Positions 9,366 through 19,430 of a stretch of DNA of 64,000 bases are shown here, piece after piece. The notes under the pieces are model-generated. The model was given only the letters and a program-made list of their open reading frames with translations, was not told the DNA's origin and ran no database searches. Location of the stretch: positions 29,667 to 93,666 of the forward strand of contig FR893385.1 of assembly GCA_000433315.1 (NCBI GenBank). The letters are read 5' to 3'. Position numbers and translations under genes: made by a program. The DNA is from Firmicutes bacterium CAG:345. GTDB taxonomy: Bacteria; Bacillota_I; Bacilli_A; RFN20; CAG-288. How positions within the stretch are numbered: position 1 is the stretch's first letter; each line of letters opens with the position of its first letter.

Positions 9366-11438
9366 ATGGAAGAAAAACAAGAATGGCGCAATTTTGTCGG
9401 CGGTGCCTGGCAAGGCGAAGTCGATGTTCGCGATTTTATTCAAAAGAACTACACACCATATGATGGTGATGATAGTTTCTTAAAAGGTCCTACCGATGCT
9501 ACAAAGAAACTTTGGGCACAAGTCATGGAACTCAGTAAAGAAGAAAGAGAAAAAGGCGGTGTCCTCGATATGGATACTAAAATCATTTCTACAATCACTT
9601 CTCATGGTCCTGGCTATTTAAATAAAGACCTTGAAACAATTGTTGGTTTCCAAACAGATAAACCATTTAAGCGTTCTTTACAACCATATGGTGGAATTCG
9701 TATGGCTGAAAAAGCTTGCTTAGATAATGGATATAAAGTTGATCCTGAAATTTCTAAATTCTTCAAGATTCATCGTAAAACTCATAACGCTGGTGTCTTT
9801 GATGTCTATACACCTGAAATGCGTGCTTGCCGTTCAAGCCACGTTATTACCGGCTTGCCAGATGCTTATGGTCGTGGCCGTATTATCGGTGACTATCGCC
9901 GTGTTGCTTTATATGGTGTTGATTTCTTAATCAAAGACAAGGAAGATCAAAAAGCTTCTACACCTGATATCATGACAGAAAATGTCATTCGTGATCGTGA
10001 AGAATACAGCGAACAAATTCGCGCTTTACAAGAATTAAAAGAACTCGGAAATATTTATGGTTACGATATTTCTAAACCTGCAAAAGATGTCAAAGAAGCT
10101 ATTCAATGGTTATATTTCGGCTACTTAGCTGCTGTTAAAGAACAAAATGGTGCAGCAATGAGTTTAGGTAGAACTTCTACATTTATTGATATCTATGCTG
10201 AAAGAGACTTAAAAGAAGGTAGATATACCGAAGAGCAAATTCAAGAATTTGTCGATCACTTCATCATGAAATTACGTCTTATCAAATTTGCTCGTACTCC
10301 TGAATACAATGCATTATTCTCCGGTGATCCTCAATGGGTTACAGAATCCATTGGTGGTGTCGGAATCGATGGAAGACACATGGTTACAAAGATGAGCTAT
10401 CGTTATCTCCATACTCTTTCTAACCTCGGAACTGCACCAGAACCAAATTTAACAGTTTTATGGTCAAATCGTTTACCATTAAACTTCAAAAAATTCTGTG
10501 CTAAAACTTCCATTGAATCGTCTTCAATTCAATATGAAAACGATGATCTCATGAGAGTAACTCATGGTGATGATTACGCTATTGCTTGCTGCGTTTCTTC
10601 CATGAGAGTTGGTAAAGAAATGCAATTCTTCGGCGCTCGTGCTAACCTCGCAAAGACTTTACTTTACGCCATCAATGGTGGTTATGATGTTTTCTCCAAT
10701 AAACAAGTTGGACCTGAATATCGCCGAATCGATAGCGAATATCTCGACTACGATGATGTAATGAAACATTACGATACAATGATGGGTTGGTTAGCTGGTG
10801 TTTATGTCAACGCCTTAAATATTATTCACTATATGCATGATAAATATTGCTACGAAAGAATTCAAATGGCTCTTCATGATGCTCATGTAACAAGATGGTT
10901 TGCTACAGGTATCGCTGGATTATCTGTTGTTGCCGATTCCTTATCCGCAATTAAATACGCTAAAGTTAAGGTCATCAGAAATGAATTAGGATATGCCATC
11001 GGATATCAAACTGAAGGTGACTTCCCTAAATACGGAAACGATGATGATAGAGTAGACTCTATCGCTGTCGATATCGTTAAACGTTTCATGAAACACTTAA
11101 AGAAATATCCTACATATCGTGGTGGTATAACTACAACTTCTATTCTTACAATTACTTCCAACGTTGTCTATGGTAAAAATACTGCTTCTACTCCAGATGG
11201 TAGAAAAGCTGGTGAACCATTTGCTCCAGGTGCTAACCCAATGCATCACCGTGATTCTCATGGTGCTGTTGCATCCCTTGCATCTGTCGCAAAGATTCCA
11301 TTCAAATATGCTCAAGATGGTATATCAAATACTTTCTCCATCATCCCAGGTGCTCTAGGTAAAGATGATCAAGTCTTTGCTGGAGATCTCGATGTTGAAT
11401 TATCTAACTTCGATCCAAGTGAACACGAAGGCAAATAA
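9366..11438 (+). CDS. pflB: pyruvate formate-lyase catalytic body, lacking the C-terminal glycyl-radical domain
   Basis: Collinear with E. coli PflB from [18 protein letters not shown] through the IACCVSSM catalytic Cys pair to ALGKDDQV. Then it diverges and stops. ATG at 9366 with GGAGG RBS (the ORF-track start at 9354 is TTG). Confidence 0.9.
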   Translation: MEEKQEWRNFVGGAWQGEVDVRDFIQKNYTPYDGDDSFLKGPTDATKKLWAQVMELSKEEREKGGVLDMDTKIISTITSHGPGYLNKDLETIVGFQTDKPFKRSLQPYGGIRMAEKACLDNGYKVDPEISKFFKIHRKTHNAGVFDVYTPEMRACRSSHVITGLPDAYGRGRIIGDYRRVALYGVDFLIKDKEDQKASTPDIMTENVIRDREEYSEQIRALQELKELGNIYGYDISKPAKDVKEAIQWLYFGYLAAVKEQNGAAMSLGRTSTFIDIYAERDLKEGRYTEEQIQEFVDHFIMKLRLIKFARTPEYNALFSGDPQWVTESIGGVGIDGRHMVTKMSYRYLHTLSNLGTAPEPNLTVLWSNRLPLNFKKFCAKTSIESSSIQYENDDLMRVTHGDDYAIACCVSSMRVGKEMQFFGARANLAKTLLYAINGGYDVFSNKQVGPEYRRIDSEYLDYDDVMKHYDTMMGWLAGVYVNALNIIHYMHDKYCYERIQMALHDAHVTRWFATGIAGLSVVADSLSAIKYAKVKVIRNELGYAIGYQTEGDFPKYGNDDDRVDSIAVDIVKRFMKHLKKYPTYRGGITTTSILTITSNVVYGKNTASTPDGRKAGEPFAPGANPMHHRDSHGAVASLASVAKIPFKYAQDGISNTFSIIPGALGKDDQVFAGDLDVELSNFDPSEHEGK

Positions 11439-11641
11439 TGAATACAGATAACGAAAAACTTATTGAAGATATTATAAATTCATTAGATAACGCTACAAAT
11501 AACGGCGTCGGACATGTTGAAGTTAAAGTCAACAAAAAAAATTCAAATGTCGAAATTACAAATATATCAAAAGATGATGACAGCGATGATGGTCTTAAAA
11601 AAGAAGTTAAGACCATCGGCTGTGTCAAATGTGCTAAATAG
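11438..11641 (+). CDS. 67-aa ORF inserted between the PFL body and the glycyl-radical domain
   Basis: Start overlaps the pflB stop (TAATG); no recognisable domain; ends CVKCAK. Confidence 0.3.
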   Translation: MNTDNEKLIEDIINSLDNATNNGVGHVEVKVNKKNSNVEITNISKDDDSDDGLKKEVKTIGCVKCAK

Positions 11642-11651
11642 GAGGCTAAAT

Positions 11652-11897
11652 ATGGCAAAAGCTACAGAACAACAAATCGATAACTTAGTTAATATGTTAG
11701 ATGGCTATACAAAAGAAGGTGGCCATCATCTCAATGTCAACGTTCTTACAAAAGAAACTCTTCTCGATGCTCAAAAACATCCTGAAAATTATCCTCAACT
11801 CACAATCCGTGTCAGTGGATATGCTGTCAACTTCATCAAATTGACAAAAGAACAACAAGACGAAGTTATTTCTCGTACATTCCACGATGCTATTTAA
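11652..11897 (+). CDS. autonomous glycyl-radical domain (GrcA/YfiD-like; homologous to the PFL C-terminus)
   Basis: 81 aa with its own GGAGG RBS; aligns residue for residue with the E. coli PflB C-terminus including the RVSGYAV glycyl-radical motif. Confidence 0.85.
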   Translation: MAKATEQQIDNLVNMLDGYTKEGGHHLNVNVLTKETLLDAQKHPENYPQLTIRVSGYAVNFIKLTKEQQDEVISRTFHDAI

Positions 11898-11900
11898 GCT

Positions 11901-12663
11901 TATGGAAGGTCATATTCATTCAACAGAAAGTTTTGGAACAGTCGACGGACCGGGTATTCGGTTCGTCGTTTTTTTCCAAGGCTGTCCAATGCGTTGTCTA
12001 TTTTGTCACAATCCAGATACATGGAAGATTAGTACCGATAAAGATAAAAAAAATTTAATGTCTGTTGATACTATTATTGAAAATTATAAAAAAAATCTTC
12101 CATTTTATAAAAATGGAGGAATAACATGCACTGGTGGAGAACCACTGCTTCAAATAGACTTTTTAACCGAATTATTTAAAAGATGTCACGAAGAAAATAT
12201 TCATACCTGTTTGGACACTTCAGGGATAACATTCAACCCAAGCGATGATAAAAATCTAGCTAAATTCAACGAATTAATTAAATACACTGATTTAGTTATG
12301 CTCGATATAAAACAGATAGATAATGAGAAGCACAAAATTTTAACATCGCAAAACAATGATAGAATTCTTGCTTTTGCAGAGTACTTATCTGACAATAATA
12401 TTCCTATTTGGATAAGACATGTTGTTGTTCCAGGTTATACTGATAAGAAAGAAGATTGGTATAAATTAGGACAATTCATTGGAAAATTAAAAACATTAAA
12501 AGCTTTAGATTGTTTACCTTATCATACCATGGGTGTAAATAAATATTATAGTTTAAATATTCCATATCCTCTAGAAGGCGTTGAACCAGCACCTAAAGAA
12601 TTAGCTGCTAATGCAAAAAAAGAGATACTTCGAGGAATAATTAGCGTACGCAATAAAAAATAA
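11901..12663 (+). CDS. pflA: pyruvate formate-lyase activating enzyme (radical SAM)
   Basis: GTVDGPGIRFVVFFQGCPMRCLFCHNPDTW aligns with E. coli PflA; likely start MEGHIHS at 11901. Confidence 0.9.
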
Positions 12664-12671
12664 AATTAAAC

Positions 12672-12716
12672 AAAGCAGCTTTTATAATTATTAAAAAATA
12701 AAAGTTGCTTTTTTCT
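12672..12716 (+). terminator. rho-independent terminator after pflA
   Basis: AAAGCAGCTTTT...AAAAGTTGCTTTTTT hairpin with a T run. Confidence 0.5.
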
Positions 12717-12788
12717 TTCAAAAACCTTATGAAATATAGATTTTACTATTGCATATTTTCATAATTTATAGTAAAATTTATCACAGCG

Positions 12789-12865
12789 CGGGAAATAGCG
12801 CAGTATGGTAGCGCGCTTGGTTCGGGACCAAGAGGTCGCGGGTTCGACTCCCGCTTTTCCGACCA
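12789..12865 (+). tRNA. tRNA-Pro (anticodon CGG)
   Basis: Manual cloverleaf: acceptor CGGGAAA/TTTTCCG, anticodon loop TTCGGGA, T-loop GGTTCGACTCC, CCA encoded. Confidence 0.8.
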
Positions 12866-12884
12866 GTTACCAAAAAATATAGAT

Positions 12885-12961
12885 GGCGGTTGTGGTGAAG
12901 TGGCTAACACATCTGGCTGTGAACCAGACATTCGGGAGTTCGATCCTCCTCAACCGCCCCA
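12885..12961 (+). tRNA. tRNA-His (anticodon GTG) with encoded G-1
   Basis: Acceptor GCGGTTG/CAACCGC, extra 5' G pairing with discriminator C, anticodon loop CTGTGAA, T-loop GAGTTCGATCCTC, CCA encoded. Confidence 0.8.
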
Positions 12962-12977
12962 GTATAGAATTTATTGG

Positions 12978-13009
12978 TCCAGTGTTGAAATACTGGGCTT
13001 TTTTGATGC
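12978..13009 (+). terminator. terminator after the tRNA pair
   Basis: CCAGTgttgaaatACTGG followed by GCTTTTTT. Confidence 0.55.
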
Positions 13010-13739
13010 AGTAATTACAGTGTTTATATTTAAAATGCATAATTTTGCTTGGTAAGCGTCAAAAATAACCAGGATCGAAAAAAGGCTCGAATTTTGAATA
13101 ATTTTTTCAGGAGGAACGAACATGTTTAAAATTGATTTTGTAAAAAAATATTTTTCAAAAAGATATTTTTCAAAAATATAATGTAAGCAAATAAACACTA
13201 TGATGATGGATATGTAAATATAGAAATTTAGTTCAAAATGATTGGAAGATTACTGAAGGTTTTTTTCAAGAAAGAGAATTTAAAAGTTATATAGATAAGT
13301 TATTTGAAATATTTAATAAAGTTAATCCACAAAATAAATCAAGACTAGAAGAAGCAATAAAATATATAACAACAAGAAAATATATTTTTTTAAATATTAA
13401 ACGATGGTCACTTAGAATTAAGCAATAATACAACGAAAAGAGGTATAAAGACATTTGTAATAACAATAAAAAACTTTTTGTTTTCGAATACAGAAAATAG
13501 AACTGAATCATCAGCAATAATTTTTTCAATAATACAAACAGCAATAGCAAATGGAATAGATTATAAAAAATATATAGAAAAAGTAATAAATAATATACAA
13601 CCAAATTCAACAAAAGAAGAATTAGAAAATCTTTTACCTTGGACAATTGAATTGAACTATATATGGATATCTTTGACGCTTACTCTTAACTTTATATGAT
13701 TTAAAAAATGTTGATAAAATTTTATACAACTTAACATAA

Positions 13740-13860
13740 ATAGAAATTTAGAAAAAATTCGACTTATTTTTGAGCAAAATATAGCCTCAATATAGATAAA
13801 AAGTGAGAAAAATGTTAAAATTTTTACAAGAATTAAAAATGTCGATGAGAATTTTATGAT
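13740..13860. repeat. partial third copy of the terminator/promoter repeat module (promoter part, extended -10 TGTTAAAAT)
   Basis: About 80% identical to 32117..32183 (atatagataaaaag...tgtta.aat...acaagatta.a.aaaatgt.gatgag). Confidence 0.5.
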
Positions 13861-14057
13861 TTTCAGCTAAATGAAAAATCTATAATTAGATTTTTTATCA
13901 GGACCAAAAACAACTATATTTTAAGAATATAAATTATATAGATTGATGAAAAAATGTCAAAATTTGAATATTTAGCGAAAAAATAAAGATCAATTGTTGA
14001 AAGATATTGAGAACAAAAAAACGAATTAAAAAGCGCAAAACATAGTGGAGGTAGGAA

Positions 14058-15236
14058 ATGGTAAACGCATTTTATTTTAATAAAAAAATTATTGAAGATT
14101 TTAGAAGTGCAGTAAATAAATCTCCTATTTTTGCTAGAAAAAATGAATATAAATTACTTTATAGCAAGGCGTGTGTTTTGATGAATAGAATTGATAGTGC
14201 TATTAGTTATTTTAATTCTCATAATGAAAAGCCTAAAAGTGAAGAGGAATTAATTTTGTATTTCGTTGAAGCTGCTATTTTAAAAGATGGTGTTTATCAA
14301 ATGTATGAAAATCTCTTTAGAGAGAAGCCACCTTTGATTGAAAGTAAAAAGTGGTTTATCGATGCGCAAACATATGGAAAAAAACTATTTGAAAAAGATG
14401 TATGTCCTTATGATGACACTTATTTTGAGTATTTAAGGGCATTAATATTTGCACATCCATTCGAAACATCTAAAGGGTGCCGCTCTAATAGAGTTTTTAT
14501 GTCAGAAGGTGAAATTCATATGTCGCCTTGGGTTATTGCTAACTATAATGATCCGAATAGAGAAGTTGTCGGATTAAGAATTTATTCAAACAAAACTTTA
14601 GATTCATTAGAAGATATATTCATTGGCTTTTCAAATTTAAAAAATTATTTATTGGAAAGATATAATTTGATTCCTAAATTAACTGATAAAATTAATGATA
14701 TTATTAACAGTGAGAAGAAAACTTGGCTTAGGCATAAGATTGTTCACTCAAATGATTTTTATTTAGATCTAATTGAAATTGAAAATGTTTACAAAGAAAG
14801 ATTCATACGCATCGAAATAGTAAGTGACTACAAAGATATTTATTCCATTAAGTGCGATTCAAAATTAAATATAGAATCCATAGATAAAGTAAGATTTATT
14901 TTGAACAACAAAATAATAAAAGCAATTGATTATTTGAACAATAATGAAAATGACAATGCTGAGGAAGAATTGTGCTTTATTTATAAAAGGCCTAAAAATA
15001 TGCATGAATTCGCTCATTACGAATTAGAAAAGATATTCACATATTTGCCAAATGAAAGAGCTAAAATTGAAATTGGTTCTAATGAAGAATGGGGGTTAAT
15101 TCAAGCAAAAAATTTTTATTCAAAATATGCATATAAATATGTTTTCATAGATTTTGAAAATTATAGTTATAATGAAATAAAAACACTTGTCACAGTCGCG
15201 TGTATATTGGGGTTTGTTGAAGAAACAAAAAAATAA
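14058..15236 (+). CDS. hypothetical protein with two Rx4-5H (HEPN-like) motifs; possible Abi-type defence protein
   Basis: 392 aa; LRALIFAHP and LRHKIVHSNDFY motifs; GGAGG RBS; lies in the AT-rich island after tRNA-His. Confidence 0.45.
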   Translation: MVNAFYFNKKIIEDFRSAVNKSPIFARKNEYKLLYSKACVLMNRIDSAISYFNSHNEKPKSEEELILYFVEAAILKDGVYQMYENLFREKPPLIESKKWFIDAQTYGKKLFEKDVCPYDDTYFEYLRALIFAHPFETSKGCRSNRVFMSEGEIHMSPWVIANYNDPNREVVGLRIYSNKTLDSLEDIFIGFSNLKNYLLERYNLIPKLTDKINDIINSEKKTWLRHKIVHSNDFYLDLIEIENVYKERFIRIEIVSDYKDIYSIKCDSKLNIESIDKVRFILNNKIIKAIDYLNNNENDNAEEELCFIYKRPKNMHEFAHYELEKIFTYLPNERAKIEIGSNEEWGLIQAKNFYSKYAYKYVFIDFENYSYNEIKTLVTVACILGFVEETKK

Positions 15237-15784
15237 TACGTTTAATAAAAAATCAGTTGTATAATTATCATAAGTAATAAAATTTGATAGTTACTAATCA
15301 TTGTGATTGTGTGTGAATTGGTTTAAAAGCTAATAAAAAATTCGAGAACTGCTCAATCACAGAATTATTAACAAACAAAACACAATGAATTAAACTCAAA
15401 ATATAACAAAAAACTATACTGAACAAAGCCTACAAGCAAAACAAATAAATAAAAAGTCATTCATTTCTGTAAAACTTGAAGCTCAAAAATGTTTAATTAA
15501 TTATCAATATGAGGAACTTTGAATGATTATGGTTGAAAAAGCAATCGTTCATAGAGATAAATCAATAACATTCAAATTTTATAATGGAAACGAAATAACA
15601 ATAGCTGCTCTTTAACAAGTGACATTTTTGCAATTTGATAAAAGCAATGATAGAATTAAATTATCAACTAATCATGGAGTTATTTTTATAAGACTCTACT
15701 TGAATAAATATCAACTCTCGGAAGAGTATGTAAAGGTTTTTAATCTACTTGTTTTATAATTATTGTGCAGGAGGAAAAACATAA

Positions 15785-17740
15785 ATGGAAACTATAGGAG
15801 ATAGAATAAAGAGTAAAAGAAAAGAGGCTGGAATGACACAACTAGAATTAGCTAGCAAATTAAATGTTACTGATAGAGCTGTGAGTAAATGGGAGCAGAA
15901 TGAAGGAAACCCTGATATTAGCATTCTTCCAAGAATTGCTGATTTATTTAATGTAACACTTGATTATCTTATGACTGGTATAGAACCTAAAAAAGAAGTA
16001 ATAATAATGTCAAAGATAGAACTTTGTGCCAAAAATGACGATCCTTCAATGATTAAATCATTACCATCAAATACAGATGAAAATGGGAAAACCCTTCTAG
16101 ACTATGTAAAGCAATATGATAGTAAAAAAGTTTTAAAAGCATTAATAGATAATTGCTCACATCAAACGCATTATATGTATTTATTTAATGCGCATCGAAG
16201 AACAGTGAAAGATGCAATTGAAATAATGCTTACATGTATTCCAGTTGACAGAGAACGTAAAGTAATAAAAGAAATATATGACAAAGAAATTAGAAATGCT
16301 GATGAAGATTTTATTAGAGCGTTAAATATGAATGATGATTATAGCAAAAAAATAGTTGATGGCTTTAAAAAAATCTTTAGGCTTTTAGTGAAACAATATA
16401 ATAGTTTATCCGAAGAGCAAAAAGATTATTATTTTGGAATGAAAGAAAATGAAGGTGAAGGACAAACTACATGTTGGTTTAATGCATATCCTTTTTTTGT
16501 AGAATATTCTATTATAGAAAAAAAGCAAAAATTACTTTCCATTTTACTTGAACAAATCGAAAAGCATAATGCTTGGGTTGATTCATCAATAGAAAAAATA
16601 AGAAAAGAACATTGCACACAAACTGATTTTATTTATTATCGTCAACATTTTCATGGCAAAAAAGTATATTGTTTACAATCAACACTAGATTATCTTCTTT
16701 CAAAAAAAGATTTCAAACTTGCGTATAGAATAAATTCATTTTTAGAAAAGCCATATGTGAGAAGAAAAATCGAATTGCTCGAAGTAGAAAATAATGCAAC
16801 TATCACAGAAAAAGATAAAACAGAATTTAGATGTGTCGATTGTCATATGATTGTTCCTGAAGAAATTGAAAAATTAAAAGATTTAAAATATGTCAAATCT
16901 ATTTTAGAGAATAATTATGCAAATTATTATGAAATGGTTTATAAGCTTTTAAAAAGCAACAAAAAAGAATTATATAAATTTTTTATTGATAATAATTTAC
17001 TTGATTTAGCAGATTTTTTAATGAATGGCAACGAAAAAAAACTATTACATGAAAGTTGGGAATATTTCAATTCTAGATGTAGTGATGAATTAACAATAAA
17101 ACAACCAGTAATTATAACAAGAGATAGTTATCTACCAACAACAGATAAAAAATATGTTTATTATCAAGATCTTAGAAATGTTTGCAGTGATATTGATAAT
17201 GAATCGAAAAAAATAGATAAAAATAAATTATTAGAGTATTTTGAATCATTTAAAAACAATGTTTTTGAAAAGACTAAAGCAATCGTTACTGCCGAAGAAA
17301 AAGATAAGCAGGACAAAATAGAGAGAGCAAAATTGGTAAAAGGACTAACACGTGAATATTTCGACGATCTTCTTTCAAATGATGATGAAGAAATATTCGT
17401 CATAAAGTTGTGTTCGCTATTTGATGCAATTTTACGTTTTGACTATAAATGTGACGCTGAAGACTTTTACGGAAGAATGAATCAATTTTTCGATAAAGGA
17501 CCTAAAAGTCAGTATTACGATAACGATGATTCCGGATATATGGTCTTAAATACTGACTATGAAAATGAATATGTTCAACCTTGGAATGATAATCGTGAAT
17601 TAATGAATAAACTCAGAATTAAAAGAAACACTATAGTTCATCCCGAAAATGATGAACGTGCTAATTTAAATAATGAAGAATTAAAACAATGTTTAGATTT
17701 TGTTTTTGCAGCTAATGGAGGAAATATATTCAATGGATAA
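15785..17740 (+). CDS. XRE-family HTH protein fused to a large C-terminal region with a HEPN-like motif
   Basis: 651 aa; N-terminal MTQLELASKLNVTDRAVSKWEQNEGNPDISILPRIADLFNVTLDYL is a Cro/CI-type HTH; C-terminal LRIKRNTIVHPEN resembles the HepT/HEPN RNxxxH motif. Confidence 0.6.
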   Translation: METIGDRIKSKRKEAGMTQLELASKLNVTDRAVSKWEQNEGNPDISILPRIADLFNVTLDYLMTGIEPKKEVIIMSKIELCAKNDDPSMIKSLPSNTDENGKTLLDYVKQYDSKKVLKALIDNCSHQTHYMYLFNAHRRTVKDAIEIMLTCIPVDRERKVIKEIYDKEIRNADEDFIRALNMNDDYSKKIVDGFKKIFRLLVKQYNSLSEEQKDYYFGMKENEGEGQTTCWFNAYPFFVEYSIIEKKQKLLSILLEQIEKHNAWVDSSIEKIRKEHCTQTDFIYYRQHFHGKKVYCLQSTLDYLLSKKDFKLAYRINSFLEKPYVRRKIELLEVENNATITEKDKTEFRCVDCHMIVPEEIEKLKDLKYVKSILENNYANYYEMVYKLLKSNKKELYKFFIDNNLLDLADFLMNGNEKKLLHESWEYFNSRCSDELTIKQPVIITRDSYLPTTDKKYVYYQDLRNVCSDIDNESKKIDKNKLLEYFESFKNNVFEKTKAIVTAEEKDKQDKIERAKLVKGLTREYFDDLLSNDDEEIFVIKLCSLFDAILRFDYKCDAEDFYGRMNQFFDKGPKSQYYDNDDSGYMVLNTDYENEYVQPWNDNRELMNKLRIKRNTIVHPENDERANLNNEELKQCLDFVFAANGGNIFNG

Positions 17741-18392
17741 GTATCAAATAAATTTTTTAAAAGGAATTATAGTCAGTGTAGATAATGCTGATGGATGTGG
17801 AAATTTTGAAATAGATAGTGAAGGTAATTTAATTATTGTACAAAATGAGAATTACAACATTACAAATTATGTTTTGAAGATCAAAAACAAAGATTTATCA
17901 TCAGTTTCTTATTATGTTAATGCATGGAAGAAAGCTAATATAGAAAATGATATTGCAAGCATTCCAGTTGACTTTAACAATCCAACAACAATTATAAAAA
18001 TCGAATTAAAAGATGGATTGGTTGATGATTTCAATGCGCAAATAATCTTAAAGAATGCTGATAAAGCGTCATGGGATGAAAAATACTCAAAAAAGGTCAA
18101 TGAAGAAAGGATAAAAAATATTGGCTGCATTTTATGCGATGAAAGCATGATTCACACGTTAATATTTAAGCCTTGCTGTAATAAATATAATTATTCTATC
18201 GTTAAATGGTATGCAAAAGGATACATGAAAAACCAACATTATAGTGAAATAAATAAACAATATTTTTTAGAAGAACAAAAAATAAATACAAAATTTTATT
18301 CAAACATTGAATGTGCATTTTACGTTGCTGCAGAAATATCTCAATTTGATAAATATGGTAATTTACTAGTTTCAACAAAAATAAACTTCTAG
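17734..18392 (+). CDS. hypothetical protein, 219 aa, translationally coupled to the upstream gene
   Basis: Start overlaps the upstream stop (ATGGATAA); Cys cluster GCILCDES...KPCCNKY; no recognisable domain. Confidence 0.5.
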
Positions 18393-18404
18393 AGGTTTGC
18401 GATA

Positions 18405-19370
18405 ATGTTAAAATATTTATTTTTTGATATTGAATGCTCTAATTGTTTTGGAAGAAATCCAAAGATGTGTGAGTTTGGATATGTACTAACTGATGAAAAT
18501 TTTAAGGTGATACGAAGCGATTCAATTCCTATGTCACCAGGTAGAAAAAATCATGAAAATAGATTTGATCTAACTATATACAAAAGAGACCCTGAATTTC
18601 AATGGGCATACGATATCGATTATTATTTTAAATGCCCTGAATTTCCTGAATACTATGAATTAATAAGTAGATTATTTAAAACAGAAAATGTTGTTATATT
18701 TGGATATTCTATTGATAATGATATTCGTTATTTAGACAACGCTTTTAAAAGATATAAATTAAATCCTATTGAATATGAAGTTTATGATATTCAAAGAATG
18801 ATGAAATATTATTCTGAGAAAAAAGAAAGATTTATGGGGCTAGAGGATGCGTTTAAAAAACTTTGTTCAATAAATGAATTTATAAAACTGCAAAAGCATT
18901 TGTCTAGAGACGATGCATTTATGGCAATGAGAGTTCTTCAAAAAATGTGTGAGAATCTTGAGGTAACTCCTTTAGAAATGATTGAATTGTGTGATAATTG
19001 TAAATATGATTCAAAAGAGTATTTAACAAAATACAACAAAAATCAATATTACAAAAAAGAAAAGGAAATTGGCCAGACTATGTGGGGAAATTTTTATAGA
19101 GAATGCACCCCAATGTTAGAAAATGATGAATCTATAGGAAAAATAATCACTATTAGTGGAAAAATCAAAGAAAATCCTATTGTGTTACAAGAATTAATAA
19201 AACTAATAAAAGATAATGGTTTTATTGGCTTCGATAAAATAAGTGGATCCGATTATTTAATATCTTTAAACAATGAAGATTCTATTAGAATTAAAAATGC
19301 ATTGAAGCATCCTTATCACGGAAAAATTATAACAATTCAAGAGTTTCAAAATTTAGAAGTTAAAATATAG
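18405..19370 (+). CDS. DEDDh-family 3'-5' exonuclease (DnaQ-like) with a ~140-aa C-terminal extension
   Basis: Exo I FFDIECSN, Exo II GYSIDNDIRYL, Exo III HLSRDDAFMA (Hx4DA). Confidence 0.65.
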   Translation: MLKYLFFDIECSNCFGRNPKMCEFGYVLTDENFKVIRSDSIPMSPGRKNHENRFDLTIYKRDPEFQWAYDIDYYFKCPEFPEYYELISRLFKTENVVIFGYSIDNDIRYLDNAFKRYKLNPIEYEVYDIQRMMKYYSEKKERFMGLEDAFKKLCSINEFIKLQKHLSRDDAFMAMRVLQKMCENLEVTPLEMIELCDNCKYDSKEYLTKYNKNQYYKKEKEIGQTMWGNFYRECTPMLENDESIGKIITISGKIKENPIVLQELIKLIKDNGFIGFDKISGSDYLISLNNEDSIRIKNALKHPYHGKIITIQEFQNLEVKI

Positions 19371-19430
19371 AGTATGCAAAATTTCATTGCTTAGAATATG
19401 CATTGAATCAATATTGATTATCAAACTAAT

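Noticed and set aside
11514-11651. N-terminal extension of the glycyl-radical ORF (127-aa version)
   Set aside because: Homology to the PFL C-terminus starts at the internal Met (11652), which has a perfect GGAGG RBS. The upstream part has no homology.
11380-11655. Intein or self-splicing intron interrupting pflB
   Set aside because: The insertion carries in-frame stops. It lacks intein terminal residues (Cys/Ser ... His-Asn) and is too short (about 275 nt) for a group I or II intron. The downstream piece has its own strong RBS.
12746-12931. 61-aa minus-strand ORF
   Set aside because: It overlaps tRNA-Pro and tRNA-His. Its translation (…SNPRPLGPEPSALPY…) is an artefact of the tRNA sequence.
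12971-13699. ORFs 12971..13198(-), 13287..13646(-), 13478..13699(+)
   Set aside because: Low-complexity Leu/Phe/Lys-rich translations of AT-rich DNA. No RBS, and the ORFs overlap each other. They are more likely non-coding island filler.
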